Shown here piece by piece: positions 48,799 to 57,320 of a DNA stretch of 64,000 nt. Position 1 is the first letter of the stretch. Every line of letters starts with the position of its first letter. The notes under the pieces were generated by a model. The model had not been told where the DNA came from. It did no database searches and saw nothing but the letters and a program-made list of their open reading frames with translations. The stretch spans positions 7,598-71,597 of IMG/VR virus record IMGVR_UViG_2857192945_000001. One strand, 5' to 3'. Made by a program: the position numbers and the translations under genes. The DNA comes from a virus. Its lineage: Duplodnaviria > Caudoviricetes.

Positions 48799-49709
48799 TG
48801 GCCGTCTCTTTCCTCAAAACGGCCAAGAAGGCTATGCCAACGATGGGGGTGAAATTCCTCCTGCACAAGCATTTATCTGGCTGGGACCCGGCGAGGCCGA
48901 TTTCGCGCATACACGCCTCCGACCTTACGAAGGAAGGGGGCATTTGCCCGCGGTTTTACGCATTGCATGATCTGTCAGGCGCCAAGCCCAAGGACGGCTG
49001 GCTGACTACGTCCGAGCGCATGACCTTTCAGATCGGTCGCGACCAGGAGCGCAACATCGTGCTCTGGTTTGCTGAGATGGAGAGGGCTATCTGCCACTGG
49101 AAGTGCGCGAACTGTGGAACGCAGCACGATTTCACTCTGCGTCCGAAGGGCTGCAGCAAGTGCGGCTGCCGGTGGCTCGAGCCGCGAGAAGTCCGCTTTG
49201 AGAGCGCGGAGTGTGGTGCGTCGTGCGGGGTAGACATGCTCGTGAAGCTGAACCAGCCGAAGCTGCGAATCGTTGAACTAAAAACGATGGATAAAGACGA
49301 GTTCAAAAGCCTCAAGGCCCCGCTCGCGGAACATCAGTGGCGAACCAATCTCTACCTCCGTCTCGTGTCGGAAAGTACGCACCCGTGGGCCAAGCAGGTA
49401 GACACGACTGAGGCGACGATCATGTACATTTCTAAAGGCGGTTATGGTTGTGCCGACCCTGATCCCGAGAAATGGGGTCTGTTCGAAAAATTCTCCCCTT
49501 TCAAGGAGTTCACAGTCAAGAGGGACGACAAGCTTACCGACGAACTCGTCGCGCGGGCAAAGGCAGTGACCGATTTCCGTAAGAAGAAAGTCGGAGTGCC
49601 GTGCGGCGTGTGCTCTACGGCCATGTCCAAACGTGCAGCTAAATGCACACGAAAGAAAGAATGCTTCTCCGGAGAATATCCGGCGACCTATGACTGGAAG
49701 GGCAACTGA
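48798..49709 (+). CDS. Cas4-like PD-(D/E)XK exonuclease
   Basis: IHASD...CPR, GVD, VELKT, C-terminal Cys cluster; extra CxxC/CxxC insertion. Confidence 0.7.
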   Translation: MAVSFLKTAKKAMPTMGVKFLLHKHLSGWDPARPISRIHASDLTKEGGICPRFYALHDLSGAKPKDGWLTTSERMTFQIGRDQERNIVLWFAEMERAICHWKCANCGTQHDFTLRPKGCSKCGCRWLEPREVRFESAECGASCGVDMLVKLNQPKLRIVELKTMDKDEFKSLKAPLAEHQWRTNLYLRLVSESTHPWAKQVDTTEATIMYISKGGYGCADPDPEKWGLFEKFSPFKEFTVKRDDKLTDELVARAKAVTDFRKKKVGVPCGVCSTAMSKRAAKCTRKKECFSGEYPATYDWKGN

Positions 49710-50272
49710 TGGCTATCAAATTGAAAGGATCTGCCAGGCTCACCAGTCTGGGCGTCGATCCCTCCACCACAGCGACCGGCCTCGTACTCCTACGGGAGTC
49801 GGGCACCCGCGTACCTGACGTTATCAAGGCGTGGGAGATCAAGCCAACGGGGTCAACGAACGGCCTCGAGCGTGCAATTAATATCACAACCGGCATCATG
49901 GAGATTATTCAGGAATACCACCCTGACAAGATTGTGGTCGAGGGCTTCTCACTGAATACGAAGAACGCCTCGAGCATCATACCCCTCGTGGAGCTGGGTA
50001 CGCTGATCCGCTTCTCGATGAAGCTGGACGGCCTGAAATGGTACGACCCGCGCGCGACTGAACTGAAAAAGTTCGTCTGCGGCAAAGGTACTGCGAACAA
50101 GGAGCAGGTGATGCTGCAGGTCTTCAAGCGGTGGGGTTTCGAGGCTCCGACGAACAATCTTGCTGACGGATACGGCCTCGCGTGCATGGGTCTTGCACAG
50201 GCTGGCAGGCTCCCCGGCATCACTCTCGACATGCAAAAAATCACGGGAGCAATGGCAATTCGCTCGAACTAA
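49709..50272 (+). CDS. RuvC-like Holliday junction resolvase
   Basis: LGVDPSTTATG, IVVEG, LKKFVCGKGTANKEQV, NNLADGYGLA. Confidence 0.85.
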   Translation: MAIKLKGSARLTSLGVDPSTTATGLVLLRESGTRVPDVIKAWEIKPTGSTNGLERAINITTGIMEIIQEYHPDKIVVEGFSLNTKNASSIIPLVELGTLIRFSMKLDGLKWYDPRATELKKFVCGKGTANKEQVMLQVFKRWGFEAPTNNLADGYGLACMGLAQAGRLPGITLDMQKITGAMAIRSN

Positions 50273-50344
50273 TCTTGCAATTAATTGCACAACAGTTAAG
50301 GTGTAACGATAACCACACATGAAAGGCCAAGGAGGGTCTAGGTA

Positions 50345-51490
50345 ATGAGCTCAGCCTCACTGTCGCTTCTGAAGGGTGCCAACAAAGGCGCTGTCGAAGC
50401 AGAGATTGAAACTGCAAAGCCGGCAGCCCAGGTCGAGCCGGAAGCAGCCGCCGAGGAAGAAGACGTTGTCGTTGACGTCGACGCCCTGAACGACTCGCAA
50501 CTCGACGCTCTGGTCGAGGAGAATGAGATCGAAGTTCCGGGTGAGTGGAAAGGCTGGCAAGCGGACAGCAAGCGAGCCTGGTTGAAGTCTCAGTTTGAGG
50601 ACGCGCCGGAGGGAGCCGAAGCAGAGGACAAGCCTGAGCCCGCCACCGAACCGGAAGCTCCGAAGGAAGAACCCAAGGCCAAGGCTGGTAAGACGGCCAA
50701 GGAAAAGAAGGAAGCCAAGGCCAAGACGCCGGCCAAGTCCAAGGAAGTGGCCACGTCGAACGCCAAGGCTGGCGAGATCATGGAGCCGGACATTTTGTCC
50801 GATCTGGTTCATGAGATCGAGAACCTGAAGGAAAAGGACGCTCGCGACCTTATCCCGGCTCTCTCCGAACAGACCGAACTCACGATGTTCCGCCTGGGCG
50901 GCGTCCTCTCGCTCATCCAGGCGAACAACTGGTTTGAGCCTTACGCTTCCTTCCGCGATTTTGTCGAGAAGGAGCACGGACTGGCCTACCGTAAGGCCAT
51001 GTATTGGGTCGGCATCTATAACTCTCTCTCCGCGGCCAAGGTCTCTTGGAACAAGGTGAAGGGCATCGGCTGGACCAAGCTCAAGGAAATCGCCCTCGTC
51101 ATCAACGAGGACAACCAGGATCAGTGGATCGAGATCGCATTGAACTCGAACACGCTCACCTTGATCGAGACTGTCAAGAAGCATCTCGCCAAGGACAAGC
51201 CTCAGTCTCTCGAGGATCAGTCCTCGAAGACCGTTACAACCAAGACCTTCAAGGTTCACGAAGACCAGAAAGCGACTATCGATGCAGCCATCGCCAAAGC
51301 CAAAGAGCAGAGTTCTACGACCGTTGACACGGTGGCTCTTGAATACATCTGCATTGACTTCCTTGGCGGTCAGACCCTTGAGCAGAAGCTGAAGGCGATG
51401 GGAATGGAAGCGGCCTTCGCAGTTCTCGAGAAAGCGTTCCCGGAAGCAAATATTACGGTTGATCTCGAAGAAGACGCCGACGCCGCCTGA
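50345..51490 (+). CDS. Putative DNA-binding protein; paralogue of 53438..53974
   Basis: Acidic N-terminus; SFRDFVEKEHGLAYRKAMY and IGWTKLKEIA block; C-terminal strand-helix-helix pattern. Confidence 0.6.
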   Translation: MSSASLSLLKGANKGAVEAEIETAKPAAQVEPEAAAEEEDVVVDVDALNDSQLDALVEENEIEVPGEWKGWQADSKRAWLKSQFEDAPEGAEAEDKPEPATEPEAPKEEPKAKAGKTAKEKKEAKAKTPAKSKEVATSNAKAGEIMEPDILSDLVHEIENLKEKDARDLIPALSEQTELTMFRLGGVLSLIQANNWFEPYASFRDFVEKEHGLAYRKAMYWVGIYNSLSAAKVSWNKVKGIGWTKLKEIALVINEDNQDQWIEIALNSNTLTLIETVKKHLAKDKPQSLEDQSSKTVTTKTFKVHEDQKATIDAAIAKAKEQSSTTVDTVALEYICIDFLGGQTLEQKLKAMGMEAAFAVLEKAFPEANITVDLEEDADAA

Positions 51491-51645
51491 CTAACCGCTT
51501 TCGGAAAGTCGGTGCACGCGGCGTTTGTGGCGATCGGGAAGCAAATGAACGAGGCGATCACGAATGCGTTCAAAGTGCCTCTTAGTCAGTTGACCTCGCT
51601 TCAGGCCGAACTGGCAAACTTCGAGATTGACCATGAAAAATGAAC

Positions 51646-51678
51646 GGCTCCGGGGAGAAATCTCCGGAGTCTTTTCTT
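51646..51678 (+). terminator. Intrinsic terminator
   Basis: GGCTCCGGGGA-GAAA-TCTCCGGAGTC stem then TTTTCTT, abutting palindrome 51678. Confidence 0.7.
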
Positions 51679-51775
51679 GCAATTAATTGCATTTTCTATT
51701 GCATACGCATCGGCATAAGTTACTGTCAAGTCAAGGGAAATTTCTCCCAAACATCACAACGCCATGGAGGGCAAG
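51678..51775 (+). promoter_or_regulatory. Composite expression cassette: palindrome, promoter, leader hairpin, extended SD
   Basis: TTGCAT 51699-51704, 16 nt, TACTGT 51721-51726, GGGAAATTTCTCCC, GCCATGGAGGGC 51761-51772. Confidence 0.65.
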
Positions 51776-52216
51776 ATGCTAGACGTTTCCGGTAAGATGA
51801 TTTACGACACCCAAGCTGTAGCGAACATGATCGCTGGCAAGCTGTCGAAGACCAAGGGCGTGAAACACGACGTCTACAAGGTCACCACCGGTTTCCAGGT
51901 CGTACCCGTCACCGTGTGCAAGGCGTATGTTCCGCCTGCAAAGCCTCTCCCTGTCACCAAGCCGTCTGAAATCACCAAGAAGATCCAGACCGCCGCGGAA
52001 GTCGCAGATAGCGACAAGATCACCCTGACATTCAAGTTCAAGAACGAGTCGAACGTCTACCTCGACGTGTTCATGCCTGATGGCACCGTCAAGTCGTTCG
52101 GTAAGTCCAATATTCTCGCTTATCAGATCGGACCCAGCTCGATTGTGGGCGAAACCGAAACACTGATCAGCCTGACTATGACCAAGCAATTCGCAAAGAA
52201 AAGGGGCCTCATCTGA
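51776..52216 (+). CDS. Hypothetical protein
   Basis: ATG 51776 after extended SD; hairpin overlapping stop (52201-52230). Confidence 0.7.
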   Translation: MLDVSGKMIYDTQAVANMIAGKLSKTKGVKHDVYKVTTGFQVVPVTVCKAYVPPAKPLPVTKPSEITKKIQTAAEVADSDKITLTFKFKNESNVYLDVFMPDGTVKSFGKSNILAYQIGPSSIVGETETLISLTMTKQFAKKRGLI

Positions 52217-52244
52217 GGCCCTTCGCTTTTGAAAAGGAGGTAAC

Positions 52245-52856
52245 ATGAAAGCCGAAGAACTGAAGATGCTGAGGGAGGGGCTGCCACTCCTACAGTTGGG
52301 GGACAGGGGGCTGGTGCTGACTTTCCTGCAGAGAGGGAGCTTCACCGGACTTCAGGAGAAATACCTGCGAGAGCAGCTCGCCGTAGTGAAGGCAGGTCCT
52401 CAGAAAGACTTGTTCACCTTCCCGGAGGGGCCGTTCGGGAGGTTGCGCTGGCATTTCGAGCACGCCCGCAAATACCTGACCTTCCCTCGCATACGCATGC
52501 GCAGCACGTTCCTGGATGGAGATCTGGTGATTGGTATGGTCGGGAAGGGTAGCAAGTATCCCGGCACGATATCTATCACCAGCGGTGGATCATTCGGGAA
52601 GACCACTTCTTACGGTCGTATTCTGCTCGACGGCACCTATGAAGGAGGCAGTCTGTCGGCTGAGGAAACCCAGGAACTCTGTCTCATGCTCGAGGCGATG
52701 AGCCACGACCTGTCCAGTTGTGCAATGCATTACCACCAGTCCCGAAATCGGTGCATGTTCACCGATGAGGAGATCGACAATCCTGTGGAACGTCAGATGG
52801 GATACCGGCGGGTTACCGGATTGCGTTGGGGGCTGAGGCTCCCGCCTAAGCCTTGA
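52245..52856 (+). CDS. Hypothetical protein
   Basis: AAGGAGG SD, 203 aa. Confidence 0.7.
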   Translation: MKAEELKMLREGLPLLQLGDRGLVLTFLQRGSFTGLQEKYLREQLAVVKAGPQKDLFTFPEGPFGRLRWHFEHARKYLTFPRIRMRSTFLDGDLVIGMVGKGSKYPGTISITSGGSFGKTTSYGRILLDGTYEGGSLSAEETQELCLMLEAMSHDLSSCAMHYHQSRNRCMFTDEEIDNPVERQMGYRRVTGLRWGLRLPPKP

Positions 52857-52970
52857 AACAATAACCAAATTTTCGTCACAGATTGCAATTAATTGCAATT
52901 GCTCTTGCTTCAACCACGTTAAAACATGACGTTAAGGTAAGAAGTGGGTCTAGCCAAGGAGGGCGCAACT

Positions 52971-53330
52971 GTGCAATTAAATGTCGTGTTCACAGGACCT
53001 GCGATGAGGCAGAATGGCGAGTTGATCACGCGGGATAGTTTAAGGGCGGCATGCGTGTCCCTCGGGATCACGGTGCAGTCAAGCATCCGCTCGGATACAC
53101 ACCTGCTGGTTGCGAGTCGCAGAGACACTGTGAAAGCCAAGCACGCGCAGACACAAGGCATCGAGGTTCTGAGCTACCCATCCTTTCTCAACATATTCAT
53201 GCGGGACATAAAAATACCCGCGGGGGGAACGTATAATCCATTCACCGACAAGATATCCAATCTGGACGACGACTTACCTCTTCCCGCTTTCGTGAGCGGG
53301 GAAAAGCTCGCAGAGGTCGATATACTATGA
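52971..53330 (+). CDS. Stand-alone BRCT-domain protein
   Basis: VVFTG...TRDSL...LG..V.SSI..DTHLLVA...K.K.A...GIEVLSY matches the ligase-type BRCT pattern; GCCAAGGAGGGC SD before GTG 52971. Confidence 0.75.
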   Translation: MQLNVVFTGPAMRQNGELITRDSLRAACVSLGITVQSSIRSDTHLLVASRRDTVKAKHAQTQGIEVLSYPSFLNIFMRDIKIPAGGTYNPFTDKISNLDDDLPLPAFVSGEKLAEVDIL

Positions 53331-53437
53331 GTAACGGTGTGCATTTGATTGCAACGGCGATACTCGAACCAAGATCAACAAATTCGGTCCTGGCTCGTAT
53401 GCCGGTGCCGATGTTTAAGACGAGAGGCACTAAACTA

Positions 53438-53974
53438 ATGATTGATACGACAGCCTTGTCTAAGACGGAGGCGAGCAAGAAGCTTTTGAAAAGAGCTTAC
53501 AAACTCGCTGAAGACGTCGACAACAACCTGCTAGAGCTCAGCATCGTCTTGTGGGAACTGCAGGAAAACAACATCTACGACGTGAAGGAGTTTCACGAGC
53601 AGTCCGGGTTGGGACGGCGCAAAACCTACTATCTCATCGATATCGGAAAGGCTTTCTACAATCTGCCGGTTGACCATGATCGATTGAAAGCGATCGGGTG
53701 GACGAAACTAAAAAGCATTGCACCACACGTCACGGCAGAGAATTACAAAGAGAAGCTTCAACTGGCCGAACAGTACAAAGCCTCTGATCTCGACAAGGTG
53801 CTACGTGGGGAAGAAATAACAAAAGAGGAGAAGGTCCTACTATTCAGATTCTCACCACAAGAAAAGAAGCGACTGGAGAAACTGCTACTGAAGTATGGAG
53901 CCTCAAAAACAAACAATGGCCTGATAAACAAGGAACAGGCTCTGATGAAGATCGTGGAGCACCTCGGATACTGA
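53438..53974 (+). CDS. Putative DNA-binding protein; paralogue of 50345..51490
   Basis: SGLGRRKTYYLIDI and IGWTKLKSIA; C-terminal LLFRFSPQEKKRLEKLL...KEQALMKIV ribbon-helix-helix-like; start could be further upstream (ORF from 53327). Confidence 0.6.
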   Translation: MIDTTALSKTEASKKLLKRAYKLAEDVDNNLLELSIVLWELQENNIYDVKEFHEQSGLGRRKTYYLIDIGKAFYNLPVDHDRLKAIGWTKLKSIAPHVTAENYKEKLQLAEQYKASDLDKVLRGEEITKEEKVLLFRFSPQEKKRLEKLLLKYGASKTNNGLINKEQALMKIVEHLGY

Positions 53975-54080
53975 AGACCTGCTAGAAAAGCATCCCATTA
54001 AATTGTGATGCCTTTCTTCGAAGCCTTCTCCGATCACTCCATAATGCAATTAATTGCAAAACAGGATGAAAGGTGACGAT

Positions 54081-54341
54081 ATGAAAAACACCAGAACCGT
54101 CAAACGGCGGGAAACCGCTCTGAAATCATCGACGACCGGTTTCGCGGGACCAATACTGAACACATCATCAAACGAGTTCAGCTTCATGCTCCTACAAAAC
54201 TCAGATACGGTGAAGCTCACCTATCCGACACTCAAGGAAGCCAGAAAGGCCCGCCAAACAATTCTGGGGAACCCGAACATACATGAAGTGAACAAGGCAG
54301 CACTGTTCAACGCTATCGTAAAGGCAGTGCACGGGGAGTAA
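54081..54341 (+). CDS. Hypothetical basic protein
   Basis: AAAGGTG SD, ATG 54081 (alternative 54066), after palindrome 54045. Confidence 0.55.
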   Translation: MKNTRTVKRRETALKSSTTGFAGPILNTSSNEFSFMLLQNSDTVKLTYPTLKEARKARQTILGNPNIHEVNKAALFNAIVKAVHGE

Positions 54342-54726
54342 TAATTCCCCTTCCGACACCTTCGCGGGGAGAACATTCTCGGGACAAAATCATATGTCCC
54401 AACTCCCCCGAAGGACATTTCCGGGGACGCACGAAATCCCCCTGTTTTACCACCTATACTGACAAGCCTCATACAGCCATAAAAGCCCGAAAATCCAAGG
54501 CTTCTAACAAGTATCCTCCTACACATACCGAGAGAGATACTGAAAGCCATGAACGCCCCCTGGCTGATAGAGAGCGTCCAGATACCCCCTCCACCAGAAA
54601 ACAGAGAGAGCAGGTAAGTCCCGCTCAGAAGTTGATAAAGTTCGCCTAAGTCCGTACCGACCCTGCGTGGTGTGCAGGCGGCAGGTGTACGGGACATTCT
54701 GATGCGGGTGGTGGCGCGCGCGGTCG

Positions 54727-54783
54727 ATGTTGCGCTGCTGAGAAAATGTAGCGTGCCTGAGAAAATGTTGCGTCGTTGAGAAA
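54727..54783 (+). repeat. Three tandem 19-bp direct repeats ATGTWGCGNNNNTGAGAAA
   Basis: ATGTTGCGCTGCTGAGAAA, ATGTAGCGTGCCTGAGAAA, ATGTTGCGTCGTTGAGAAA head-to-tail in the largest non-coding region. Confidence 0.8.
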
Positions 54784-54797
54784 ATCAGAAATTCTCG

Positions 54798-54892
54798 TGC
54801 AATTAATTGCAATTCTTCTTGCATCGGGTACGTACCAAGATAAAGTACGGGCAAGGGGAATTTCCCCAAGACCATTAAGCCAAGGAGGGCAG
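54798..54892 (+). promoter_or_regulatory. Composite expression cassette: palindrome, promoter, leader hairpin, extended SD
   Basis: TTGCAT 54819-54824, 16 nt, TAAAGT 54841-54846, GGGGAATTTCCCC, GCCAAGGAGGGC 54879-54890. Confidence 0.65.
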
Positions 54893-55159
54893 ATGATGGC
54901 CACGGTACACAGCATCAGGGTGAATGATCAGCTCACAAGACGATGGTTCGTCACGGAGCAGGTCGACGGTTTCGTCGTACGCTGTCAGGAACAGCTGAAC
55001 GGCGGGAGCTGGGAGGACATATTCCTCGCAGGACGTGAAGTTCACGCCACCGCTCACACCGCCACCCTCGAGTTGAAGATCCGGGTCGCCCATTACGAGA
55101 CCATGACCGGAGCGATTGCCGAGGTTCAGGATAACGTGCTGATCCTCCGGGCAGCATAA
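54893..55159 (+). CDS. Small early-type hypothetical protein
   Basis: ATG after extended SD; bracketed by palindromes 54798 and 55163. Confidence 0.65.
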   Translation: MMATVHSIRVNDQLTRRWFVTEQVDGFVVRCQEQLNGGSWEDIFLAGREVHATAHTATLELKIRVAHYETMTGAIAEVQDNVLILRAA

Positions 55160-55191
55160 GTTTGCAATTAATTGCATAAGGATTTTGCGTC

Positions 55192-55377
55192 ATGCAAATA
55201 GAGTTCACCGTTGCCGAGAAAGCTCGCCTCGTTGAGATAGATCAGGAGCTGGATGAAATCGAACAGACACCGTTCGACCAGGCCAGTCAGGCACTCAAGC
55301 GTAGACACGACGAGCTTTGTCGGGAGCGGTGGAGAATTGATCCACCCTCAGCCCTCGATGTGCTGGGGGTGGTGTGA
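55192..55377 (+). CDS. Small hypothetical protein
   Basis: TAAGGA upstream; TGATG coupling to next gene. Confidence 0.55.
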   Translation: MQIEFTVAEKARLVEIDQELDEIEQTPFDQASQALKRRHDELCRERWRIDPPSALDVLGVV

Positions 55378-55628
55378 TGAACCTCTCAGAAGTAACCGAC
55401 GCCGACCTCTACGATCAGGGCCTTGTCTCGCTCTTTGATCTGACAGTCGAAGGACCGGTCATGAACCCGTTCCCGGTGTGTCATTCGTTACTCATGGTCA
55501 TTCTCGAAGAGCCGGCCCAGCACGAATGGATCGACAATATCGACTCGGAAGAGGGGCCTTATCGCAAGTGCCTCCGCTGCGGGCAGCTCAATCTGATGAA
55601 GCACCCGTATCGAGCGGAGGCCGCGTGA
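55377..55628 (+). CDS. Small hypothetical protein with H...CxRC motif
   Basis: HEW...RKCLRCG; coupled at both ends. Confidence 0.55.
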   Translation: MNLSEVTDADLYDQGLVSLFDLTVEGPVMNPFPVCHSLLMVILEEPAQHEWIDNIDSEEGPYRKCLRCGQLNLMKHPYRAEAA

Positions 55629-55828
55629 TGAGCAAGCGTGGGAAGCGTGAACGACCAGTACCAGACGTCACGAAGCTCTCGAACGAAGAATTGCTGGACG
55701 AGTTTGGTCTCAATTATGGCTGGTACGATTGGACGACGTCGGCAGCTGAGAACCGATACCACGAAGAATATGACCAGAAGCTGCGGGCCGAACTTCTATC
55801 CCGCATGAGCACGGAGGTGAAAGACTGA
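55628..55828 (+). CDS. Small hypothetical protein
   Basis: GGAGG SD, TGATG coupling. Confidence 0.55.
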   Translation: MSKRGKRERPVPDVTKLSNEELLDEFGLNYGWYDWTTSAAENRYHEEYDQKLRAELLSRMSTEVKD

Positions 55829-56085
55829 TGGCAGAACAGATCGATTGGTATGAACGACGGTATGAGCTGGAGCCGGGTCAGGTTTTCCGCACCATCTATG
55901 GCGGGGTTGTTCGCCTCGAGCAACGTGTCCCCGGCGACGGCACCGATTGGTATGCCGATGACTGGTATCCCGGTGTTCCCGGTCGTCCTGGTTATGAGAA
56001 GGGGTACTGGTCTTCCGAGCGTGGCCGCCTTCATCCAGGGGATCTGACCGAACGCCTCCCTGACGATTACGCGGGAGAAGGATGA
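55828..56085 (+). CDS. Small hypothetical protein
   Basis: GGAGG SD, TGATG coupling. Confidence 0.6.
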   Translation: MAEQIDWYERRYELEPGQVFRTIYGGVVRLEQRVPGDGTDWYADDWYPGVPGRPGYEKGYWSSERGRLHPGDLTERLPDDYAGEG

Positions 56086-56426
56086 TGGCAACGCTTATTG
56101 GAACGACATGGCGCCATAAGAAACGCGGGACGACCTATCGGGTGGTCCTCGTAGCGGAACTGCACATAGAACTGTGCTTCGACGACCAGGAGTGCTTCCT
56201 CTGGATGCACACGGGCCTGACACGCAGGTGGTTGACGCTCAGCCCCCAGAGGCCAGAACCGAGCCCGACCGCGGTGGTGACCATGATGCTCCCCGTCACG
56301 GTACAGAAGGAGCCTAATACGCAGTATGGGCAGGTGGTCATTTACCAGTCTCTTGCCGACAACAGCCTATGGGCGAGAGCCAAGAAGGAGTTCATAGATG
56401 GCCGTTTCGAGAGGGTGGAAGCATGA
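56082..56426 (+). CDS. DUF1653-like protein
   Basis: WRHKKRGTTYRV and VVIYQSLADNSLWAR...EF.DGRF pattern. Confidence 0.6.
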   Translation: MMATLIGTTWRHKKRGTTYRVVLVAELHIELCFDDQECFLWMHTGLTRRWLTLSPQRPEPSPTAVVTMMLPVTVQKEPNTQYGQVVIYQSLADNSLWARAKKEFIDGRFERVEA

Positions 56427-56578
56427 ACCCGATCATCCTTTTCATAGCAGCCGTCTGGTTCATTCACCTGAACAGCTACTTCGGTTGGAACCGTAAGCCA
56501 CAGTCTGGCACGGAGTTGATCGCGGACGGCCTGTTCCTTCTCATGCTCGCTCTGGCGTTTCTGGTGAGGCGAGCATGA
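56423..56578 (+). CDS. Small membrane protein
   Basis: Two hydrophobic segments, ATGA overlaps at both ends. Confidence 0.55.
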   Translation: MNPIILFIAAVWFIHLNSYFGWNRKPQSGTELIADGLFLLMLALAFLVRRA

Positions 56579-56826
56579 CCAAAGAATGGAACTCCCGATA
56601 TGCAAACTATGCCCGCGTGCATGGCCGTTCTCCCGAGGAGCAGCTCGAGCAAGACAAGAAAGACTGGCCGGGAGGACACATGGTAGGCTTCGTACTCTGG
56701 GGGACCGCACGCATTGCCGAGTACAGCAAGCTCAATCCGGGTGCCTTCGCATACGGGGGCCTGATCGATCACGAAGCCTACGACGCCTGGCTAGACCAGT
56801 ACCCCGTGAAGGAGACCCAGCCATGA
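56575..56826 (+). CDS. Small hypothetical protein
   Basis: ATGA overlaps, 83 aa. Confidence 0.6.
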   Translation: MTKEWNSRYANYARVHGRSPEEQLEQDKKDWPGGHMVGFVLWGTARIAEYSKLNPGAFAYGGLIDHEAYDAWLDQYPVKETQP

Positions 56827-57320
56827 CCAAGTACGTCAAGCACAAGCACGGCATGACGATCGGCTCGGACAATGTGTTCTTCATCCACGATCAGGCCGAC
56901 CCGCACGCACACAGGCCAGGACCGCCAGAAGGAGTTCCAGATTTCCGGGACGACTATCGAGCGCTTGTCTCGTTTGAAGACGTTTATTGCAAACAGATCA
57001 ACACGCTGAACGCGGGCCTCAGAACGTACGCCCACCAGATAGTCTGGGAGAAGACCGAAGTGGTGTTCGACCAGTCCTACACTGACAAGGACGGCAAGAC
57101 GCATACATGGAAGGACAAGAGCGAGTTCTGGGTGGTGAACCCGTGGGTGTTAGGCTGGCTGAACAAGAATGTGGGGCCACGATACGACAAGTGGGACACG
57201 TACACTTATGGGCGTGGAAGCGGCTCGTGCTGCTTGTTCTTCAAGAGACGGAAGGACGCACTGGCCTTAGTGCGGTTTGTCCAGACCCAACTCGTAGGTA
57301 TCAGGGTAGGGCTGCACTGA
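56823..57320 (+). CDS. Hypothetical protein
   Basis: AAGGAG SD, ATG 56823. Confidence 0.6.
   Translation: MTKYVKHKHGMTIGSDNVFFIHDQADPHAHRPGPPEGVPDFRDDYRALVSFEDVYCKQINTLNAGLRTYAHQIVWEKTEVVFDQSYTDKDGKTHTWKDKSEFWVVNPWVLGWLNKNVGPRYDKWDTYTYGRGSGSCCLFFKRRKDALALVRFVQTQLVGIRVGLH

Noticed and set aside
48798-49709. Cas4-like gene as evidence of a CRISPR-Cas system
   Set aside because: Solo Cas4-like nucleases are common in phage replication modules; no array or other cas genes seen
3782-51259. Long minus-strand ORFs (e.g. 36768..38327, 17300..18757, 11719..12987, 26425..27612)
   Set aside because: Antisense shadows of GC3-rich plus-strand genes; no motifs or SD, fully overlapping well-supported genes
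54342-54720. Possible tRNA or structured ncRNA in the non-coding region
   Set aside because: No cloverleaf or T-loop GTTCRA context and no convincing long stems by eye; needs tRNAscan/Infernal
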